From assembly GCA_002395405.1 (NCBI GenBank), contig DGWX01000040.1:1-56097 (forward strand): a stretch of 56,097 nt of DNA, in the 5' to 3' direction. A program made the translations under genes and the position numbers. Positions 47,125-55,326 of the stretch are shown here, piece by piece (within the stretch, counting starts at the first letter, position 1; each line of letters starts with the position of its first letter). The notes below the pieces were generated by a model. That model was not told the DNA's origin, did no database searches, and was given only the letters and a program-made list of their open reading frames with translations. The stretch comes from Christensenella sp. UBA4247 (GTDB lineage Bacteria > Bacillota > Clostridia > Christensenellales > CAG-1252).

Positions 47125-47180
47125 TATAAAAAGCGTCAAACGGTCGAAAATACCTCTATCAAATCAAGGAGGGTATTTTT

Positions 47181-47321
47181 ATGAAATACTATCACACCGG
47201 CGAGAAACCCGGCGACGGGACTTACAGTTGCACGAATTGCGGAACGAACGTCAGCTTGAATAAGAACGACAAGATCCCCCCGTGTCCGAAGTGCACAAAT
47301 ACTTCTTTTACCAAGGAGTAA
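47181..47321 (+). CDS. Small zinc-ribbon protein, 46 aa (MKYYHTGEKPGDGTYSCTNCGTNVSLNKNDKIPPCPKCTNTSFTKE); not in ORF track
   Basis: AAGGAGG SD; TGEKPG.GTY.C..CG...PPCPKC motif. Confidence 0.85.
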   Translation: MKYYHTGEKPGDGTYSCTNCGTNVSLNKNDKIPPCPKCTNTSFTKE

Positions 47322-48516
47322 GGGCGTTTTTGCGCCCGATACATATGCTCTCGCTCGATGGGATCTCCTCGCAGATCGCGTTCTTCGGCGGATAGTAATT
47401 GGCGCGGATCTCTTTTTTCTCGCTTACGCCGTTGATCTTCCTGATCAAAAAGAGTCGGCTTTCGATCCCCTCGCGTCCTTCCGAAAGAACTTTGGCTCCG
47501 ATCGGAGCCTTTTTTCCGTCTGCCGTAACGCGGGAAAAAGGAACGCGTCGAACGATCTCGCTTTCAAGCGAAAACTCTCCCTCTTTTTTATCTCCGTACA
47601 AGGCGAACGTGATCGTTCCGTCGCGGATCTCGGAGGCTACGTAAAGAGGAAAATCGGTATCGTTTTCAAAAGAAAAGTCGATCGTGGAAGAGACCGTGCA
47701 GTCCCGCGAAGGTGAAACGTACGAAACGGGGCAAGAATGCGCCGCCGCTTTCGTAACGGGAAGTCCGGAGAGCAAAACGGCGTTATACAAGGTCGTGCTG
47801 ACCTGACAAACCCCTCCGCCCACGCCTTTTACGAACGCTCCGTTCAAAACGATATTCGCTTCCAAATACCCTCTTTCCGCCGTTCGCGCACCCACCGATT
47901 CGTTAAAGGAAAATCGTTCGCCCGGGAGTAGGACGGTTCCGTTGATCGCTTCTTCCGCAAGCGAGATGTTATGGCGACGGCTGGTTCCCGAAGTATAAAA
48001 GGACGTGGAAAACTTCCCCATAAGCCTCGTTCTCCGTTTCAGATCGCAAAGAGACAGAAGAGGGGGAACGGCGCGGGAACGCGCGTCGGCGGCGCGTCCT
48101 TCGTCCAGCGATTTCATCGCGGCGCGCCCGATCTCGTCAAGCGGGACTTCCGACCCCGCTCTTTCTTCGTAATAAATAAAAGGGGAGGAAAGTTTTTTCG
48201 TCCATTCGAGGGTCGCGGAAAGCGGATCGGTTTTGCGCCTCTCGCATTCGGAGGAGAGAAAATCTCCGAGGCCCCGGCTGATATAGTTTAAGGCTTCCTT
48301 CGCTTCGTATCGCGCGCGTAACTTATTATAAAAGGGCAAATAGCCGCCGTATTTTTCGGCGCGCATTTTGCGAGAAGGCTCGATCTTGATCTCGCCGCGA
48401 TAGATCTCCTCTCCGTCGATCGAGAGAGCGAGAGGCGCTTTCAGGTAAGGAGCCGACGCGCCGAGGAAAATAAACAATAAAGCGAGAGGAACAAGAAAAA
48501 ACAAACCCTTTTTCAT
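47308..48516 (-). CDS. VanW-family protein (YoaR-like)
   Basis: Start reassigned to MKKGLFF (ATGA overlap); R.HNI.LA...ING..L.PGE.FSFN..VG, GGGVCQVSTTLYNA. Confidence 0.9.
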   Translation of the reverse strand: MKKGLFFLVPLALLFIFLGASAPYLKAPLALSIDGEEIYRGEIKIEPSRKMRAEKYGGYLPFYNKLRARYEAKEALNYISRGLGDFLSSECERRKTDPLSATLEWTKKLSSPFIYYEERAGSEVPLDEIGRAAMKSLDEGRAADARSRAVPPLLSLCDLKRRTRLMGKFSTSFYTSGTSRRHNISLAEEAINGTVLLPGERFSFNESVGARTAERGYLEANIVLNGAFVKGVGGGVCQVSTTLYNAVLLSGLPVTKAAAHSCPVSYVSPSRDCTVSSTIDFSFENDTDFPLYVASEIRDGTITFALYGDKKEGEFSLESEIVRRVPFSRVTADGKKAPIGAKVLSEGREGIESRLFLIRKINGVSEKKEIRANYYPPKNAICEEIPSSESICIGRKNALTPW

Positions 48517-48719
48517 CTTTCGCGAGCGGGAAGCGGCGTCGTGCTCCAAAGAAGAGCCCCGATCCAGCCGAGAAGGGTAACGCCGAGTAATAAGTTTACG
48601 AGAAAAACGAGGCCTTTGTTCGGGTGCGCCCTGCGGAAGGCGATCAAACTCGGGATCAGGTAAACGAAGAGCGCGGCAACGCCGAATACGGCGAGTAATA
48701 CGTACGACCAAATTTTCAT
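48513..48719 (-). CDS. Superinfection immunity protein (T4 Imm family)
   Basis: Y.IPSLIAF.R.HPN...VFLVNLLLG.T.LGW..AL.W; GAGGT SD. Confidence 0.85.
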   Translation of the reverse strand: MKIWSYVLLAVFGVAALFVYLIPSLIAFRRAHPNKGLVFLVNLLLGVTLLGWIGALLWSTTPLPARER

Positions 48720-48738
48720 TTTTTCATTACCTCACGCG

Positions 48739-48768
48739 TAGTATGCGAGCGAAAAATTTTTTTATAAA
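48739..48768 (-). promoter_or_regulatory. Putative sporulation sigma (G/E-type) promoter
   Basis: TTTATA-17-CATACTA on the minus strand. Confidence 0.45.
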
Positions 48769-48905
48769 AAATAATTTTGAAAATGCGCCGGGAAAAAACA
48801 TTTTACAAAATTCAAAAAAACCTTTCGATCGCGGCGGAAAATGCGGAAATTGCCGAAGAAACCGAATTCCGTAAAAAAATCGTTGTGTTTTTGATTCGCA
48901 AAAAA

Positions 48906-48953
48906 CCACAAGATATTGTGTTAAAAAAATCAAAACAGCGCAATATTTTGTAA
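48906..48953. promoter_or_regulatory. Tandem NrdR boxes
   Basis: CCACAAGATATTGTGT (48906) and GCGCAATATTTTGTAA (48938), 32 bp apart, matching acaCwAtATaTwGtgt. Confidence 0.85.
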
Positions 48954-48962
48954 TTTTTCCTG

Positions 48963-48991
48963 TTGACAAAGACTTTGCGGCTTGCTATACT
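48963..48991 (+). promoter_or_regulatory. Sigma-A promoter of nrdD operon
   Basis: TTGACA-17-TATACT with TGn. Confidence 0.85.
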
Positions 48992-49042
48992 AAACCAGAA
49001 CGAAAATTTTTGGAAGCGGAGTTGCCGCTTGATGGAGGAGTT

Positions 49043-51421
49043 ATGTTAAACGTAAAGAAAAGAGACGGTCAAATCGTACCTTTCGATTTATCCAAGATCA
49101 AAATCGCGATCGAAAAGGCGTTCGATTCGGTGAATCGCGCGCACACGGACGACATCATTGATTTAATTGCGCTCAAAGTATGCGCGGATTTCCAGAGCAA
49201 GGTGAAGGATAATACGGTGACCGTTGAGGACGTTCAGGACAGCGTGGAGGTCGTATTGATCCAAGCGAGCTTCGTGGACGTTGCGAAAAGCTACATTCTT
49301 TACAGAAAGCAACACGAAAAAGTGCGCAATATGAAGTCCACGCTCGTGGATTACAAAGCCACCGTGGATAACTATCTCAAAATCAACGATTGGCGCGTAA
49401 AGGAGAACAGCACCGTAACCTACTCGGTCGGCGGTTTGATCCTCTCGAACAGCGGCGCCGTGACCGCGAACTATTGGCTCAGCGAGATCTATGACGACGA
49501 GATCGCCGACGCGCACCGCAACGCGGATATTCATATCCACGATCTTTCGATGTTGACCGGTTACTGCGCGGGTTGGAGCTTGAAACAGCTCATCCAAGAG
49601 GGTCTCGGCGGCGTTCCGGGAAAGATCACGTCCGCTCCCGCGGCTCACCTTTCCACCCTTTGCAACCAGATGGTAAACTTCCTCGGCATTATGCAAAACG
49701 AATGGGCGGGCGCGCAGGCGTTTTCTTCTTTCGATACCTATCTTGCGCCGTTCGTTAAGGTGGATAATCTTTCTTATAAAGAGACCAAGCAGTGCATTCA
49801 ATCTTTCATTTACGGCGTAAACACGCCGTCTCGCTGGGGAACGCAATCTCCCTTTACGAACGTAACGCTCGATTGGGTCGTTCCGAACGATATGGCGGAG
49901 CTGAACGCGATCGTCGGCGGCAAGGAAATGGACTTCAAGTATAAAGATTGCGTCAAAGAAATGGCGATGGTCAACAAGGCGTTTATAGAGATCATGATCG
50001 AAGGCGACGCAAACGGCCGCGGCTTCCAATATCCGATCCCGACCTATTCGATCACGCGTGACTTCGATTGGTCCGAAACCGAGAACAACAAGCTCCTTTT
50101 CGAAATGACCGCGAAGTACGGAACGCCTTATTTCAGCAACTATATAAACAGCGATATGGAGCCGTCCGACGTTCGTTCGATGTGCTGCCGCCTGCGCCTC
50201 GATCTGCGCGAGCTCAGGAAAAAGTCCGGCGGTTTCTTCGGAAGCGGCGAAAGCACGGGCAGCGTGGGCGTCGTTACCATCAATATGCCGCGTATCGCTT
50301 ATCTTTCCAAGTCGGAAGACGAGTTCTTTAAGAGACTGTCTCACTTGATGGATATCGCGGCGCGCTCCCTCAAAATCAAGAGGAACGTTATTACCAAACT
50401 TTTGAACGAAGGTTTGTATCCCTATACCAAGCGCTATCTCGGAACCTTTAACAATCACTTTTCCACGATCGGTCTCGTGGGTATGAACGAAGCTTGCCTG
50501 AACGCGAATTGGATCGGCAAGGATCTGACGGATAAAAACGCGCAAGAGTTTACCAAGAAGACTTTGAACTTTATGAGAGAAAAGCTCTCGGATTATCAAG
50601 AGCTTTACGGCGATCTTTATAACCTCGAAGCGACGCCCGCGGAGTCCACGGCGTACAGGCTCGCGAAGCACGACAGAAAGAGATATCCGGATATCATTAC
50701 CGCGACCGAAGGCGACAGGACTCCTTATTATACGAACAGCTCGCACCTTCCCGTCGGCTTTACGTCCGATATTTTCGACGCTTTGGACATTCAGGACGAG
50801 CTCCAAACTCTCTATACTTCGGGAACGGTTTTCCACGCCTTCCTCGGACAAAAGCTGGATAACTGGCAGACGGCGGCGAATCTCGTCAGAAAGATCGCGG
50901 AAAACTACAAACTTCCGTATTACACGATGAGCCCGACCTACTCGATCTGCGCCGACCACGGCTATCTTGCGGGCGAGCAAAGAAAGTGCCCGATCTGCGG
51001 CAGATCCACCGAGGTTTACAGCCGTATTACCGGGTATTATCGCCCCGTTCAAAACTGGAACGACGGTAAGGTAGAAGAGTTTAAGATGCGTAAGACGTAC
51101 GACGTTGCGGGTTCCGTGTTCAAAGGTCACGCCGATAAGAAAGAAGAGAGCGCGGTCGCGAAAGAAGCGCAAAACGCAGCGGCGGAAGGAATGCTTCTTT
51201 TCACCACCAAAACTTGCCCGAACTGCAAAATGAGCAAAATGATGCTGGATAAAGCGGGCATTGCTTACACCCCGATCGACGCGGAAGATAACAAAGATCA
51301 AACCGTTAAGATGGGCGTCAGAAAAGCTCCCACGCTCCTCGTTCCGAACGCGAACGGCGGCTACGACAGATTCGAGAACGCCAGCGAGATCAAAGGCTTT
51401 ATCGAAAAGACGAGAAACTAA
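49043..51421 (+). CDS. nrdD: Anaerobic (class III) ribonucleoside-triphosphate reductase with ATP-cone and C-terminal glutaredoxin/NrdH-like domain
   Basis: VKKRDG ATP-cone, HIHDL, GYC, SMCCRL, C..HG...CP.CG, SRITGYYRPV glycyl loop, C-terminal TKTCPNC...APTL. Confidence 0.96.
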   Translation: MLNVKKRDGQIVPFDLSKIKIAIEKAFDSVNRAHTDDIIDLIALKVCADFQSKVKDNTVTVEDVQDSVEVVLIQASFVDVAKSYILYRKQHEKVRNMKSTLVDYKATVDNYLKINDWRVKENSTVTYSVGGLILSNSGAVTANYWLSEIYDDEIADAHRNADIHIHDLSMLTGYCAGWSLKQLIQEGLGGVPGKITSAPAAHLSTLCNQMVNFLGIMQNEWAGAQAFSSFDTYLAPFVKVDNLSYKETKQCIQSFIYGVNTPSRWGTQSPFTNVTLDWVVPNDMAELNAIVGGKEMDFKYKDCVKEMAMVNKAFIEIMIEGDANGRGFQYPIPTYSITRDFDWSETENNKLLFEMTAKYGTPYFSNYINSDMEPSDVRSMCCRLRLDLRELRKKSGGFFGSGESTGSVGVVTINMPRIAYLSKSEDEFFKRLSHLMDIAARSLKIKRNVITKLLNEGLYPYTKRYLGTFNNHFSTIGLVGMNEACLNANWIGKDLTDKNAQEFTKKTLNFMREKLSDYQELYGDLYNLEATPAESTAYRLAKHDRKRYPDIITATEGDRTPYYTNSSHLPVGFTSDIFDALDIQDELQTLYTSGTVFHAFLGQKLDNWQTAANLVRKIAENYKLPYYTMSPTYSICADHGYLAGEQRKCPICGRSTEVYSRITGYYRPVQNWNDGKVEEFKMRKTYDVAGSVFKGHADKKEESAVAKEAQNAAAEGMLLFTTKTCPNCKMSKMMLDKAGIAYTPIDAEDNKDQTVKMGVRKAPTLLVPNANGGYDRFENASEIKGFIEKTRN

Positions 51422-52345
51422 ATGAAATACGACGTATTGATCATCGGAGCGGGTCCCGCCGGAATGAGCGCGGCGACCTATGCGCTCCGCTCGGGAAAAA
51501 GCGTCCTCGTTTTGGAAAAGGAATCCATCGGCGGGCAGATGTCCAATTCTCCCCGCATCGAGAATTTCCCTTCCGTTAAGGAAAGCAGCGGAAGCGATCT
51601 TGCGGATAAAATGTTCGAGCAAATGAGCGCGTTCGGCGCCGAACTCGAACTGGATTCCGTTCTCGAAGTACAAAAGAGAGGAGAGGGCGATTTCCTCGTT
51701 AAATGCGAGTACAATGAGTTTAGCGCGAAAGCCGTTATTTGGGCGGCGGGCGCGAAACATCGCCATATCGGCGTTCCGGGAGAGGAAGAGCTCGTGGGAA
51801 AAGGCGTGTCGTATTGCGCGCTATGCGACGGCGCGTTTTATACGGGAGAAGACGTCGTTATGATCGGCGACGCAAACACCGCTCTTTCTTATACGATGTT
51901 CCTTTCCAATTGCTGCCGCCACGTTTATATTTGCACGTTGTTCGATAAATTCTTCGGCGAAAAAGCGATGGTGGAAGCCGTCCTCGCAAGGGAGAACGTA
52001 TCGGTAGAGCATAACCTTTCCTTGCAATCTTTCGAGACGGATGAAAAAGGAGAACTTTCGGGGCTCGTATTCGAGAACACGAAGGATAAAACGAGGCGCG
52101 AGTACAAAGTAAAAGGTTGCTTTATCGCAGTCGGACAGGTTCCGAATAACGAGCCGATCAAAGCGCTCGTGGATCTCGACGCCGGCGGTTACGTTATCGC
52201 GGGGGAAGACACCCTGACGAAAACGCCCGGTCTCTTCGTTGCGGGAGATTGCCGAGCGAAAAAAGTGCGGCAGGTAACGACCGCCGTTGCGGACGGTTCG
52301 GTCGCGGCGATCCAAGCGGCAAGTTATATAGACGGATTGAAATAA
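51422..52345 (+). CDS. trxB: Thioredoxin reductase
   Basis: GAGPAG, GKGVSYCALCDG, PGLFVAGD, QVTTAVADG. Confidence 0.9.
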   Translation: MKYDVLIIGAGPAGMSAATYALRSGKSVLVLEKESIGGQMSNSPRIENFPSVKESSGSDLADKMFEQMSAFGAELELDSVLEVQKRGEGDFLVKCEYNEFSAKAVIWAAGAKHRHIGVPGEEELVGKGVSYCALCDGAFYTGEDVVMIGDANTALSYTMFLSNCCRHVYICTLFDKFFGEKAMVEAVLARENVSVEHNLSLQSFETDEKGELSGLVFENTKDKTRREYKVKGCFIAVGQVPNNEPIKALVDLDAGGYVIAGEDTLTKTPGLFVAGDCRAKKVRQVTTAVADGSVAAIQAASYIDGLK

Positions 52346-52392
52346 GGAAGGGCGGCGACGCCCTTTCGCTTTATGAAAAGGAAAAAAGAAAT

Positions 52393-53085
52393 ATGAAAAT
52401 TTGCGGAATGGAAAAATTCTCTATGGTGGACTTTGACGGATACATTTCCTGTACGGTATTTACGCCGGGCTGCAATTTTCGTTGTCCCTTTTGCCATAAT
52501 GCGGCGCTCGTAAATCGCGAGGCGCAGGAGATCCCCGAAAGCGAGGTTTTCGATTATTTGGAAAAGAGAAAAGGGCTTGTGGACGCCGTTTGCATAACGG
52601 GCGGCGAGCCGACGTTGCAGCCCGATCTCGAAGACTTTATCGTTCGCGTGCGCGCGCTCGGATATAAAGTAAAGCTCGATTCGAACGGAACGAATCCCGC
52701 CCTCCTTTCCCGCCTGATCGAGCGGGGACTTCTCGATTACGTGGCGATGGATATAAAAAGCGATTTTGATTCTTACGAGGAGGTGATCGCCGTTCCCTCG
52801 TCCGCGCTTCTTCCTAAGATCCGCGAAAGCGTCGCTTTGCTGAAAGCTTCGCCGATCGACTTCGAATTTCGAACGACGGCGATCGCGGAATATCATAGCG
52901 AGAAGAATTATGCGGCGATCGCGGAGATCGTTCGCGGAGGCAAGCGGTTTTACATTCAAAAATTTAAGGACGGAGAAAACAACCTGACCCAAGGATTGCT
53001 CCACGAGCTTCCGAAAGAAGAGGCGGAAAAGTTCTTGGCGGAGGTTCGAAAGACCGTTCCCGTCGTGGGGCTGAGAGGATATTAA
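52393..53085 (+). CDS. nrdG: Anaerobic RNR activase (radical SAM)
   Basis: S.VDF.G, GCNFRCPFCHN, TGGEPT, KLDSNG, EFRTT. Confidence 0.93.
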   Translation: MKICGMEKFSMVDFDGYISCTVFTPGCNFRCPFCHNAALVNREAQEIPESEVFDYLEKRKGLVDAVCITGGEPTLQPDLEDFIVRVRALGYKVKLDSNGTNPALLSRLIERGLLDYVAMDIKSDFDSYEEVIAVPSSALLPKIRESVALLKASPIDFEFRTTAIAEYHSEKNYAAIAEIVRGGKRFYIQKFKDGENNLTQGLLHELPKEEAEKFLAEVRKTVPVVGLRGY

Positions 53086-53106
53086 AAAAGGCGGAGATCC
53101 CGCCTT
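53084..53106 (-). terminator. Intrinsic terminator
   Basis: AAGGCGG-agatc-CCGCCTT with an A-tract on the left (U-tail on the minus strand). Confidence 0.6.
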
Positions 53107-53125
53107 CTCGGATCGCGCTTTCGGA

Positions 53126-54673
53126 TCAAGAGCGCGATCTTTTTTTATCGTTGACTTCGTTTATGATCGAAAGCGCGACCTTTAACCCGTCCACGGCGGC
53201 GCTCATAATGCCGCCCGCGTAGCCGCAACCTTCGCCGCAGGGATAAACGCCTTTATGCGAAAGGCTCATAAAATCCTCGCCGCGCAGTACGCGCACGGGG
53301 GAAGAACTGCGCGTTTCAACGCCCGTCAGGAGATTATCCGCCTTGGAGAATCCTTTGATCTTTTTGTCAAAAGAAGGCAGCGCGAGACGCAGCGCTTCGG
53401 AGATGCGGGGCGGGAGAACGCCGTTTAAGTCGCAAGGAGTAACGCCGGGAGCGTAGGTGGGGCGAACGGCGCCGTCCAGCCCGCCTTTTTGCTTTTTGAT
53501 AAAGTCTCCCACCCTTTGGCAAGGCGCTTTGTAATTTCCGCCCGCCGCGAGAAAGGCTTTTCGTTCGAGTTCCCTTTGATAGCGAACGCCGGATAGAATT
53601 TCGCTTCCGAAATCCTTTTCGTCCACCCCTACGAGGAGCGCGGCGTTCGCGTTTTTTCCGTCTCTGGCGTGATAGCTCATTCCGTTCGTAACGACGCCGC
53701 CTTCTTCCGAAGAGGCGCAAACGACAAATCCGCCGGGACACATACAAAAACTGTACGCGCCGCCTGCTTTCGTGTGTTCCCAGATTTTATAATCGGCAGG
53801 AGGGAGCAAAGGATCTTTTTTTCTCCCGAACATAGCGAGATCGATCTCTTCTTGCAGTTGTTCGATCCTGACGCCGACGGAAAAGGGCTTTGCTTCCATC
53901 GAGAAACCGCGCGCAAGGAGCATTTCGTATGTGTCGCGCGCGCTGTGACCCACCGCGAGGATCAAGCGATCGGTTTTATACGCGTCGCTCTCTGTCAAAA
54001 CGCGCAAGACTCCGTTCTTTTCCGAAACGTCCGACACGCAGGCGCCGAAGCGGATCTCTCCGCCGAGATCTTCGATTTTATGCCGCAACGTAACCACGGC
54101 GTCTCGCAATCTGTCCGTTCCGATATGCGGTTTGGCAAGGTAGGCGATCTCCTCCGGCGCGCCGCAGGAAACAAAAGTATCGAGAACGAAAGCCGTCAGT
54201 TCCTTTTCTTTAATGCCGCTGTTCAGTTTGCCGTCCGAAAACGCGCCCGCACCGCCTTCTCCGAATTCCGCGTTTGCGCGCGGATCGAGTTTTCCGTTTT
54301 GCCAAAGCGCGTTTACGCCGCGGATCCGTTCCGATATGGGAAGCCCGCGTTCGAGAACGATCGGGCGAAGCCCGGCAAGGGACAAAGCATACGAGGCAAA
54401 GATGCCCGCAGGCCCGAATCCGACTACGATCGGTCTGTATTCGCTCTCGCCCGCATAAGGGACGGAGAAGGGCTCTCTTTTTTCGATTTTTTCGCTGATG
54501 AGGACGCTGTAAACTTTTTTGATGTCGCTTTTTTTGCGCGCGTCGATCGATTCTTTTAAGATCGTAAAAGTTCGAACGGAAGAAAGCGGGATCGAGGCTT
54601 TTTTTGCCGCGATTTTTCTAAGTTCGTCTATTCCCGCGTCGAGCGGAAGAATGATGTTTTGGATTTCAGGCAT
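53126..54673 (-). CDS. Uncharacterised FAD-dependent oxidoreductase (COG2509-like)
   Basis: GFGPAG, FGEGGAGAFSDGKL, KPHIGTD, FCMCPGG, GVETRSSSP, GEG.GYAGGI.SAA.DG. Confidence 0.9.
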   Translation of the reverse strand: MPEIQNIILPLDAGIDELRKIAAKKASIPLSSVRTFTILKESIDARKKSDIKKVYSVLISEKIEKREPFSVPYAGESEYRPIVVGFGPAGIFASYALSLAGLRPIVLERGLPISERIRGVNALWQNGKLDPRANAEFGEGGAGAFSDGKLNSGIKEKELTAFVLDTFVSCGAPEEIAYLAKPHIGTDRLRDAVVTLRHKIEDLGGEIRFGACVSDVSEKNGVLRVLTESDAYKTDRLILAVGHSARDTYEMLLARGFSMEAKPFSVGVRIEQLQEEIDLAMFGRKKDPLLPPADYKIWEHTKAGGAYSFCMCPGGFVVCASSEEGGVVTNGMSYHARDGKNANAALLVGVDEKDFGSEILSGVRYQRELERKAFLAAGGNYKAPCQRVGDFIKKQKGGLDGAVRPTYAPGVTPCDLNGVLPPRISEALRLALPSFDKKIKGFSKADNLLTGVETRSSSPVRVLRGEDFMSLSHKGVYPCGEGCGYAGGIMSAAVDGLKVALSIINEVNDKKRSRS

Positions 54674-54690
54674 CGTAATGGATTCAAAAA

Positions 54691-55323
54691 TCAGGCGCGA
54701 TTCGGCGACTCGATCAAAGGAAGCACCGCTCGAAAAACTTCTTCCGCCGCTTCGGGAAGGGGGCGCGCGTTGCTGACAACGGCGACCTTTTCGTCCGGCA
54801 GGGCGCGGAAGGCGGCGAAATAATTCTCGCGAACTTTTTTCAGGATCTCGATTTTTTCATAGCGTTCTTTTTCGCTTCTGTTTTGAATGCGCGAAAGGAA
54901 GCTTTCGGGCGGAATATCCAAAAAAATCGTTAGGTCGGGGCGGAGCAGGCGGCGCGCAGGCGCGTTCAGCTCGATGACCCAATCCATAGGCGAATACGAT
55001 CCGTTGTAGGCGAAAGAGGAAAAATAATAACGATCGCAGAGAACGATCTCTCCCTTTTCAAGGTGAGAAAGGATGCCGAAGGAAGAATTTTTGATATGAT
55101 CCACGCGATCCGCCGCGAACAGGGCGGCGATGGCTTCTTCGGGGAGATCCGATTTTCCCGTCAGGCATCGGCGTAAAAGCTTTCCGGCTTCCCCTTCCGA
55201 AGGTTCCGCCGTTACATAAACCGTAAATCCGAGCTTTTCCAAACGCTCTTTCAAAAGGGCGGCGTGGGTGCTTTTTCCGCTGCCGTCTATCCCTTCGAAA
55301 ACGATAAACTTACCTATCGTCAT
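54691..55323 (-). CDS. tmk: Thymidylate kinase
   Basis: FEGIDGSGKST, LFAADR..H, CDRY..SS.AY, PDLTIFLD. Confidence 0.95.
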   Translation of the reverse strand: MTIGKFIVFEGIDGSGKSTHAALLKERLEKLGFTVYVTAEPSEGEAGKLLRRCLTGKSDLPEEAIAALFAADRVDHIKNSSFGILSHLEKGEIVLCDRYYFSSFAYNGSYSPMDWVIELNAPARRLLRPDLTIFLDIPPESFLSRIQNRSEKERYEKIEILKKVRENYFAAFRALPDEKVAVVSNARPLPEAAEEVFRAVLPLIESPNRA

Positions 55324-55326
55324 ACT

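Noticed and set aside
49163-51766. 867-aa ORF antisense to nrdD
   Set aside because: Shadow frame produced by the codon bias of the sense gene; no SD and no recognisable motifs
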